Assembly: GCA_964482515.1 (NCBI GenBank)
Contig: CAYZXT010000006.1
Span: 28,521 to 92,520, forward strand
DNA from: an uncultured Elusimicrobia bacterium
GTDB taxonomy: Bacteria > Elusimicrobiota > Elusimicrobia > FEN-1173
Direction of reading: 5' to 3'
DNA: 64,000 nt
Shown: in pieces, positions 1 to 9,200 of the stretch
Numbering within the stretch: the first letter of the stretch is position 1
Layout: the number at the start of each line of letters is the position of its first letter
Made by a program: the position numbers and the translations under genes
The notes under the pieces: model-generated
What the model was told of the DNA's origin: nothing
The model's database searches: none
What the model saw: the letters and a program-made list of their open reading frames with translations, nothing else

Positions 1-1889
1 TCGTCGCCCGAACGCGAATAGACCGCGTAAAGCTTGTCCGACGCGGACGAGAGCGTGAGGTAGAAGAGCGTTTTCTCCTCGTCGTAGCCCGCCAGCTTTT
101 GGGAGATCCAATAGCCGGCCGGCTGCTGCATCAGCGCGCGCAGGCCGTCGCGCAGCAGCGGGTCTTCGTGCGACGAGCGAGGGAAAAGCCCTTCCTGCAG
201 CCCGACGAGGAACAACACTTTAAAGGAATCACCGCGGGCGTCCATGACCGACGCCACCCGCACGCCCTGTCCCATGCGCTCCGGCTCCAGCGACGCGCGC
301 TCCAGCCGTTCTTCCAGCGCTTCCAGAAACGACGTCCAGCCCGGCGGCTCGTTCAACGCGTCGAACAGCGCCAGGCTCTCGAGCGATGCGACGGTCTTCG
401 CCCATGCCTTTCCCTCCACTCCGTCGTGAGGCGGCGCCAAATACTCCCGCAGGATTTCCATGGCATGGGACACGAGGCCGCGCCAATTTTCAAAACGGCG
501 CGTGGGGTCCAAACGCTCATGGAGTCCCGACAGCCACGGCCAGAGAACGACGGCGCTCGCCGTGAGATCGCGGGCGTCTCCGGCGGACAGGGCCGACGGG
601 ACTTTCCCCTCCGCGCAGGCGGCCAATTTTCCCTGCCACTGGATCCAGCCCGAGTGGATACCCAAACGCTCCACGAGCGCGCGGGTTTCCGCCGGCACTT
701 TCTGCGCGCGGGAAAAATTGAGATAGGGAGACTCCGCCAGGTCGAGCAAAGCGCGGGCCGGCACGTCGCGGCGCCGCAGGGTCAAAAGGGCCAGCGCGGT
801 CTTGGCGATGGGGTGGCGGAGCAGCGGCTCGGAAGCCGCGAGGTGGAACGGGATGCCGTTCTCGCGGAAGACGTCTTCGACCGCCGCGCGATAGGGTTCC
901 AGCGAACGGGCCGTCACGCCGATCTGGGAATAGGGAACGGGATTGGACGGGTCCTCGCGCAGCCGCAGGATTTCCTTCGCCACGCGCCATATCTCGTCCC
1001 GCGCGCCCGAAGCGCTGATGATGTGAAAGGCATCCGCCTTCGGCCGGACGCCGGCCTTGTCCGGCGCGAAAAGACCGTCGAGCGCGCCGCCGACGGCCCG
1101 CGACGCCGCCCCCGGAGCAAGATGCTCGGGCGCCACGCCGCCCTGATGGAGTTTCAACTTGTAGAAACGCTCCGAGAAGGAGAAGGCCGGGTGCCCGTGG
1201 CGATAGGGAAAGAACACGCTCACGGGGCAGACTTCGCCGACGGACTGGAAGAAATCCGCCTGCACGCCGGTCAAGTCGTAGAACCCATAGTAAAGGACTT
1301 CCGCATAGGGAAATTTACCCGACGGGTTTTCCCGGAGGGACTGTGAAGCCCGGCGGGCCAGCGCGTGGAACGGCAGCAGGTCCAACTCCTTCAACCGCGC
1401 CGACAGTCTTTTCTGCAGGTGCAGCAGTTCTTTCAATCGCGCGCGGTCGTTCTCGTCCCGGACGAGTTCTTCAAAGTGGAATTCCAGGAATTGATCGGGG
1501 TCGACGCCGGCCTCCTCCAGGTCGCGAAGGGTTTCGCGGAAGGCCGAAGACAGGCGCCGAGAAAGGTTCTCATGCCGCGAGGCGAAATGGTCGCGCAGCA
1601 GCCCGTCGATCAATTTATCGAGGAAGAAATCATCCGTCAGCACCGTCCCGAACGAACGCCCTCCCGCCGACAGCACGTCGAGGGCCAGCGTGTAGAAGGT
1701 GTGGAAACGAACGTTGAGGAAGGTGCGGTTGTTTTCAACCGTGAGCAGGCGCTGCAGGCGTGAGGAAAGCTCTTTGGAGGGCGTGACGACGGAAATGGTC
1801 CGGCCTGGACCGGGCGATAAATCCTCCAGGCGTTTCAGGAACGCCGTTTCAAGCGAAGGCTGGAAGGGACCGCAGAAAACCTGAAACAC
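1..1889 (-). CDS. AddB/RexB-like helicase-nuclease subunit (PD-(D/E)XK superfamily), 3' end runs off the window
   Basis: Absent from the ORF track because it has no stop in the window. My hand translation of the minus strand from GTG at 1889 (overlapping the upstream TAG by 1 nt) stays open to nt 1: VFQVFCGPFQPSLETAFLKRLEDL...ISVVTPSKELSSRLQRLL...GVRVASVMDARGDSFKVLFLVGLQEGLFPR... The layout recalls AddB-type proteins. The + ORF 99..1346 is its antisense shadow. Confidence 0.5.
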   Translation of the reverse strand, partial: MFQVFCGPFQPSLETAFLKRLEDLSPGPGRTISVVTPSKELSSRLQRLLTVENNRTFLNVRFHTFYTLALDVLSAGGRSFGTVLTDDFFLDKLIDGLLRDHFASRHENLSRRLSSAFRETLRDLEEAGVDPDQFLEFHFEELVRDENDRARLKELLHLQKRLSARLKELDLLPFHALARRASQSLRENPSGKFPYAEVLYYGFYDLTGVQADFFQSVGEVCPVSVFFPYRHGHPAFSFSERFYKLKLHQGGVAPEHLAPGAASRAVGGALDGLFAPDKAGVRPKADAFHIISASGARDEIWRVAKEILRLREDPSNPVPYSQIGVTARSLEPYRAAVEDVFRENGIPFHLAASEPLLRHPIAKTALALLTLRRRDVPARALLDLAESPYLNFSRAQKVPAETRALVERLGIHSGWIQWQGKLAACAEGKVPSALSAGDARDLTASAVVLWPWLSGLHERLDPTRRFENWRGLVSHAMEILREYLAPPHDGVEGKAWAKTVASLESLALFDALNEPPGWTSFLEALEERLERASLEPERMGQGVRVASVMDARGDSFKVLFLVGLQEGLFPRSSHEDPLLRDGLRALMQQPAGYWISQKLAGYDEEKTLFYLTLSSASDKLYAVYSRSGD

Positions 1890-2212
1890 TATTCCGGCTT
1901 CGACGGCGGCTGGAAGCCGAACCCTCCGCCGCCTTCCGAGAGGCGGCTCGTCATTTTTTCAACCTCGCGCAGGAGCTCCGTCGGGCGCGTCTGCGCTTCC
2001 CCCGAGGCCCAGGCGAGGATGTTGAACATCAGCATCGCGATGGAAGCGAAGGCGGGGTTGGGCTTTTCCGCGGCTTCCTTGCGGATGGCGTTCATCTCGC
2101 CGTTGATCTCCGCGTAGTCGCGGGACACCTTGAAGATGCGCTCGCCGCAGCCGCGGCAGAACTTGTCCTCCGCGCTGTAGACCCAACCGCAGGTATGCGT
2201 CAATGGGGACAT
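1889..2212 (-). CDS. hypothetical small protein with a Cys-rich (zinc-ribbon-like) N-terminus
   Basis: 107-aa ORF with protein-like composition. It has THTCGW...CRGCGERIF cysteines followed by a hydrophobic stretch, and its stop overlaps the start of the downstream gene. Confidence 0.45.
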   Translation of the reverse strand: MSPLTHTCGWVYSAEDKFCRGCGERIFKVSRDYAEINGEMNAIRKEAAEKPNPAFASIAMLMFNILAWASGEAQTRPTELLREVEKMTSRLSEGGGGFGFQPPSKPE

Positions 2213-2228
2213 GGAACGCTCCTTTGGA

Positions 2229-2738
2229 CTATTTTTTTCGCCGGTTCTGGCGGACCGCTTCCGCCAGGACGATACCCGACGACGTCGAGAGGTTGAAGGA
2301 CCGGATCGACCCCGTGGCCGGGATCCGGAAGAACCGTCCGGGATACCGCTTCCAGAGGGATTTCGGAAGCCCGCGCGTCTCGGCGCCGAGGACCATGTAG
2401 GCGCCCTTCGGGATCCTCGCGTCCCAGAGGATTTTCTTCGCGTGGGTCGAGAAGAAGAAAATCTTTTCCTTCGGGATGCCGTGGAAGAAATAATCGACGT
2501 CCGGATGGACCTGGACGCGCACGTTGGGCCAATAGTCTAGGCCGGCGCGCTTCAGATATCTGTCGTCCAGGGAAAACCCCAGCTTGCCGACCAGGTGGAG
2601 TTCCGCGCCGAAACCCAGGCAGGTGCGGCCCACGTTCCCCGTGTTCCAGGGGATTTCGGGCTCCACCAGCACGACGCGGAAGGGGTTCGCCTTCGCGGCG
2701 GACGCTCTTTTGGTCATTTTAGTTTTTCCATTTTCCAT
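2229..2738 (-). CDS. trmL: SpoU-family tRNA 2'-O-methyltransferase (TrmL-like)
   Basis: FRVVLVEPEIPWNTGNVGRTC...YMVLGAETRGLP...IRIPATGSIRSFNLSTSSGIVLAEA matches the TrmL/SpoU motif order. The start is ambiguous (2747 TTG, 2738 ATG or 2717 ATG). Confidence 0.8.
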   Translation of the reverse strand: MENGKTKMTKRASAAKANPFRVVLVEPEIPWNTGNVGRTCLGFGAELHLVGKLGFSLDDRYLKRAGLDYWPNVRVQVHPDVDYFFHGIPKEKIFFFSTHAKKILWDARIPKGAYMVLGAETRGLPKSLWKRYPGRFFRIPATGSIRSFNLSTSSGIVLAEAVRQNRRKK

Positions 2739-2802
2739 AAACAACAATCCCGCCCTGAAGTTTCCTTCAAGACGGGACCATGGAGAGTGAATGTACGGCC
2801 GG

Positions 2803-3167
2803 CTAACCTTTTTCCCAGAGCTTCTTGCCTTTGAAGCCGTCGCCGGGGGCGTCGTCCGACGGCGGGATCCTCCGCTTGAGCTCCGCGTCGTCCGCGGCGG
2901 CCACGAAACGGAACTCGATCTCCTCGGGACGGATCAGGCCGAGGTTCCGCCTGGCTTCCTGCTCGAGGAATTCGTCGTCCCTCTGGGCACGCGCCAGTTC
3001 AAGCTGTTTGTTCGCCAACCGCGCCTGGGCCTCCTGCAGTTTGGCCGCCAGCCGGCTGTATTCCCGCCGGCGCGAAATGTAACCGCGCACGCCGCTGCTG
3101 GAGGCCAGCATCACCAGGACGAAGGCCCCGATGGACAGCCAGAGGACGTTCGTCTGGACGAATTTTT

Positions 3168-3171
<4 letters not shown>
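2803..3171 (-). CDS. ftsB: FtsB/DivIC-like septum formation initiator (coiled-coil, single TM)
   Basis: It lies immediately downstream of eno, the classic eno-ftsB synteny. The coiled coil is [38 protein letters not shown]. The TM helix ([15 protein letters not shown]) is encoded upstream of the first canonical start (GTG 3114), so I extend to CTG 3171. This start is uncertain. Confidence 0.6.
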
Positions 3172-4529
<1,358 letters not shown>

Positions 4530-4560
4530 GGAAATTTCTCCTTAAGGTTATCTTGTTGTC

Positions 4561-4613
4561 ACCCCGGCGGAAGCCGGGGTCCAGATGAACTGGATTCCGG
4601 CTTGCGCCGGAAT
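4561..4613 (-). terminator. two tandem 8-bp GC-rich hairpins between the phosphohexomutase gene and eno
   Basis: The first hairpin is ACCCCGGC-GGAA-GCCGGGGT (4561-4580). The second is ATTCCGGC-TTGC-GCCGGAAT (4594-4613). Both share the core CCGGC-N4-GCCGG. There is no clear U-tract, so an intercistronic stabiliser or attenuator is equally possible. Confidence 0.35.
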
Positions 4614-4627
4614 GACTGCTTAAAAAT

Positions 4628-6082
4628 TTACGCCTTCAATCCGGCCAGGATTTGCCCTTCTTTGGCCAGGGACTTCAACTTGTCCTTGTCGTCGCTTTCC
4701 AAATAGATCCGGACCACGGGTTCCGTGCCGGACAAGCGGATGCCCAGCCAGCTGCCGTCGGCGAGGATGAATTTGTGACCGTCGGTCTCCACGATGCGGC
4801 GGACGTTCATCTTGCCGAACTTGGTGGGAGGGTTTTCGCGCAGCTTCTCCCGCAGGGCGATCATCTTTTCCGTCGTAACGTGGAAATTCAGCCGCTCCGT
4901 GACGAAGGGCCCGACCTGCTTTTGCAGCGCCGCCAGGGACTTCCGCAAGGGCTGCTTGGTGACGGCCACAATCTCCGCCGCCAGGAGACAGGCGAGCACG
5001 CCGTCCTTCTCGGGCACATGTCCGCGAATCGAAAGCCCGCCGGACTCTTCCCCGCCCAGGATGAAATGGCCGCCCTTCGAGGGATAGACGGAACTCTCGT
5101 GCACCATCACGTCGCCGATGAACTTGAACCCCACCGGGGTTTCCTTCACGGAGAGCCCGTGAAACTTGGCCACCGCGTCGATGAAATGGGACGTCATGAC
5201 GCTGCGCGCCACCACGCCTTTCCACCCGCGCGTCTTGACCAGGTGGTCCAGGAGGAGAGGCAAGAATTCGTTGGGCGAGATCAGGCTGCCGTCCACGTCC
5301 ATGATGCCGAAACGGTCCGCGTCGCCGTCCGTCGCCAGTCCCAGGTGCGCTTTTTCCTTTTGGATGGCCTTGTGCATCGCTTCGAGGTTCTCCGGTTCGG
5401 GGGAAGGGCCTCCGCCGTTGTACAGCACGTCGCGGTCCTGCCTCAGGGAGATGACTTCGGCGCCGCAGCGCTCCAGAAATTCGTTCAGGTATCCGCGGCC
5501 GGCGCCCCAGATGGCGTCCACCACGACCTTGAGCTTGCCCTTCTTGATGGCCTTCACGTCCACCAAGCGCTCCAGTTGCTTGAAATATTCGGGTTTGGGG
5601 TTCAGCGGAACGATCAGGCGCTTCTTGATGCCCGTGGCCTCGCGGCCGGTCTTGGGCGCGGCTTCGCCCGAGAGGTAAACGTCGCAGCCGGACTCGATCC
5701 GCTGGGTGATCATCGGCAGGGCCGGACCGCCCCAGTCGGAATTGAACTTCAGTCCGGAATAGGCGAAGGGGTTGTGGCTCGCGGTGATGATGATGCCGCC
5801 CGCGGCCCTGGAACGAAGGATTTCGTAGGCCACCACCGGCGTGGGGATGTCCCTGTCCGAGAGGTGGACCTCAATGCCGTTGGCCGCGAAGACGTTGGCC
5901 ACGGTCTGGGAAAATTGTTCGGAAAGGAAGCGGGTGTCGTAGCCGATGACGACGGAGCGGTTGTGGAGGCCTTCCTGCTTCAGGTAATCGGCGATGGATT
6001 GGGTGACGATGCGGACGTTGGCAAAAGTGAATTCGTCGGCGATGATGGCTCGCCAACCGGACGTACCGAACTTGATCTTCAT
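4628..6082 (-). CDS. alpha-D-phosphohexomutase family protein (phosphoglucomutase/phosphomannomutase)
   Basis: MKIKFGTSGWRA..., active-site TASHNPFAYSGLKF, metal loop ATDGDADRFG, and GEESGG. The start is taken at the MKIKFGTSGWR Met rather than the track's upstream 6121. Confidence 0.85.
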   Translation of the reverse strand: MKIKFGTSGWRAIIADEFTFANVRIVTQSIADYLKQEGLHNRSVVIGYDTRFLSEQFSQTVANVFAANGIEVHLSDRDIPTPVVAYEILRSRAAGGIIITASHNPFAYSGLKFNSDWGGPALPMITQRIESGCDVYLSGEAAPKTGREATGIKKRLIVPLNPKPEYFKQLERLVDVKAIKKGKLKVVVDAIWGAGRGYLNEFLERCGAEVISLRQDRDVLYNGGGPSPEPENLEAMHKAIQKEKAHLGLATDGDADRFGIMDVDGSLISPNEFLPLLLDHLVKTRGWKGVVARSVMTSHFIDAVAKFHGLSVKETPVGFKFIGDVMVHESSVYPSKGGHFILGGEESGGLSIRGHVPEKDGVLACLLAAEIVAVTKQPLRKSLAALQKQVGPFVTERLNFHVTTEKMIALREKLRENPPTKFGKMNVRRIVETDGHKFILADGSWLGIRLSGTEPVVRIYLESDDKDKLKSLAKEGQILAGLKA

Positions 6083-6284
6083 GGGGCGCAAGTCTCCTCG
6101 GAGCCTCGAGGGACTCCGCAACAGGTTTGAGCCGCTATCCTATCACAAGGTCAAAAAGCTGTCAACGGCGGTCTGAGAGGGAAAAACGATGTGAAATCCT
6201 GACCTTAACAGTCATTTTTTGGGCGAATGGAGGACAGAAACTCGGCCGGATGGTAGGATTGATTTTTTGCCGGATGCAAACAGC

Positions 6285-9200
6285 TTAAGCGGAGGTCAAG
6301 AAAAGGCCAAGAGCCTTCAGTCCTTCTTGCAGGCTCTCAACCAGGCGGAAAATCGGCACCAGGACCACAACGTCCTTGTAGACGCCCAATTCGACCTGGT
6401 CCGAAGCGAAAATCACCGCATTTTTGGGATCCAATTGCCCCGCCTTTTCCAAGGCCGACAACAGCCTGTCCATCCTCAAGATCGCTCCGTCCAGAAGCGA
6501 CACTTCCGCGCGGGCCGAAGCAATGAGCGAGGGTCTCTCGCCGGCCAGGATGATCCGGATGTTGCCTTGGCGCAACAGGACGTCGTAGTCGCGCATGAAT
6601 TCCTCCCGGTCCCTGCCCGCATTGAAGGCTGCGTCCGCCGACATGCCTTGCCAGAAATCCGGAGAGGCTTGGCGCGGATCGCGCACGATCAGGGTCAAGG
6701 TGTTCGCCGTATCCCCGGCCGTTCCCGCATTATTGGCGACGAAGGCCGCCAGCAGTCCCGACACGGAGGCGCGCGCCGCGCCCTTCTTCATCACATCCGC
6801 CGGAACTTCAGCGAAGACGTCTTTGCCGCCCCTCATCCGCGCGGAAACTTTCGTGAAGACGACGCGTCCGGCGTATGCGGCCAGAATGTCACTCCGGAAG
6901 GTTTCATGGCCCCGCGGCGACCAAGCATCGCCCGGCGCGTTGTCGCCCAAAGACTCCAAAGCCCGCCCCAGGACATAAGCGGCCCCCCGGTCCCCGCCCC
7001 TTGCCGATTCCCGCGCCAAACCCTTGGTCAAGGCCCCGCGCAGAGCCGCCGGGTCGGGCGTTCCGTCCACAAAAGCGTTGCTGGCCAGTCTGATGTGAAT
7101 CCGCGGCAGGCCCAGGGCGTCCACCCCGAAATTCCGCGCCGGAGCGATGCCGCGCAGCCAGACGCGGGCCCGGTCGCGGAACCCCGACTCCTTCACATGC
7201 CAAGAATCATCGACGGCCACAGGGACCGGAACAACGGAAACCTCCGAAACCGAATCTTGCCGGGCGGATAGGATCGCGCGGAACGCCGCGGACAGAAGAG
7301 CGGAGAAGACCATCGCCAGAACAATCCCGCCGGCCACGCCGCCCGCAAGAGACCCCGCAAGGAAACCCAAAGATACCGGCAGGACCTGCGCCGCGAAATA
7401 GGCCCACCGCTCGCTCACCACGCCCAAGCCGTGCAGCGCCTCGTGCCCGGGCACGCCCAGGATATAAAGGCCGGCGCGGGACAACACCTTGAAAACGGGG
7501 TTTGAATGATAGACGAAATGGGCGAGGGAAGGATTCAGGACTAGCGCGTGTGTGTTCTTTTCAAATTCCAATAAATCGACGCCGGGCTCAACGCGGACCG
7601 AGCGGAACCCGAACAGGGGCGGCGCGCGACCGTCGGGGGTTTCATAGGCCGCTCCCGAACGCGCAGCCGCCGCCAAAACCAATCGGAGAATCCCCATCAG
7701 GACCAGCCCCGCCAGGGGCCAAGCCGCCGCCGCGCCCAGAGAGCTGGCCGCAAAACCGAAGGACGCGGCCAAAAACTGGGCGGACACCAGGAACGCCGCG
7801 GCCGCCACGCCGAACAACGCCGCCGCCCACAGCCCCTGCCGCCAGGTTTCCCGGGACACGGCCCTGCGCTCGATGTCCTCAAACAGCCTGTCATAAGCAT
7901 CCGACTCTCCTTCCGCTTCGAACCAATCGCGAACTTTTTTCAACGCGGCGGAACGATCCACCAGCGTTTCCAAAAGCCTATTCAGCAATTCGCTCCTTGG
8001 TCCATGGGCCGTCGGTTCCGATTGAGCGTCCCTCTCGCGCGATGAATACGCCTTCGCGGCGTCCTCATAACCCATTATGTCCGAAACTTTCCCATCATCG
8101 CCCACGAAGTACACTTGCACATACTCCGGAACCCGACATTTCAAAATAAAGTCCAACATGGCCTTTTTGGGAAACGCAGCATTCACTTTAATCGTGCACG
8201 GGACCGTGATCCCCGTGGTCAACTCGTTTAGGACGCGATGGATTATCAACCATTCCGATAGACCTTCTAAATTTATACTAATTACGGATGAATTATCCTC
8301 GACCCGCGTTTCCTCCTTCGACAACGATCTCATAAGGCCGCGAAGAGTTCCCATCATCTCCTCTGTAGGATTGGTTGGTTCACCAAATTTTCCGGACAAC
8401 GCCCAGGCATGGTCGTATTGCTTGGACCCGCTATCAACTATCAAGTCCTTTGGATTCGGATGGTGGAGGAACAAATTGACGATCATCGCCTCGGGAAATT
8501 GGCCGTCAGAGACAAAGACTTTATGCAGGGCCCGCAACCCAAAAAGAGGAGACAAATCCTTCACCCGGCTGGCCTCCAAGTGAAGTATCCCCAGACTGGG
8601 CAAGGACCCCATGCCTTCGAGGGGTTCCTGTCTTTGTCCCACATTGACCAGCAACCCGAATACATTTTTTTCCACCGTGGCTGAAGGGCCAAACAGGTCC
8701 CTCGCCCGCGTTACTTGGCTTTCGAGAGTGGGGAAGCGATCCTCAGCGGCCGGGGCCGGCGTCGCAATGGGCCCCATATCGGCGAACTCTTCCGGGTGCG
8801 CGCGGCGATAAGCGACAGCCTCGGGATAGGCTATTGTTCTGAACGATTTAAAAAATCCGATCTTGACGGCCTCGGGTCGAGGGGAACTTAAAATGATCCT
8901 CGACAGCACGGCTTCGGAAAATTGCCCTTCTTCGATAACTATTTTTAAATTCCTTACGTTAAGGTATTGAACCATTTTCAGCATGTCGGAACCCTTTATG
9001 CTCGCTCCGACAAAAAAAGTAAATTCCCCGAAGGATGACGGGTGAATGCTGCTCTCATTGGCGGCTGCGGGCCCGACTATTGCTTTCAGGTCATTCGACA
9101 ATTCCGCCGCAATCACAGAATCATTGTATGACGGAAAGATATGATCCATGCGATACGTCTTCTTACCTTTTCCCGATCTGGAAATTTCAGCAATAAAAGC

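Noticed and set aside
99-1346. 415-aa + strand ORF (and nested ORFs 229-1763)
   Set aside because: Arg/Gln/Ala/Pro-rich low-complexity translation typical of an antisense shadow in high-GC DNA. The opposite strand reads as a continuous, protein-like AddB-type sequence.
4652-6130. 492-aa + strand ORF
   Set aside because: Antisense shadow of the phosphohexomutase gene. It has no motifs and extreme Arg/Gly/Asp/His composition.
6122-6284. Looked for a terminator after giant ORF 1
   Set aside because: Only a direct repeat CATCCGGC x2 (minus-strand reading, 6245-6276) and A/T runs are present. There is no convincing stem-loop, so none is annotated.
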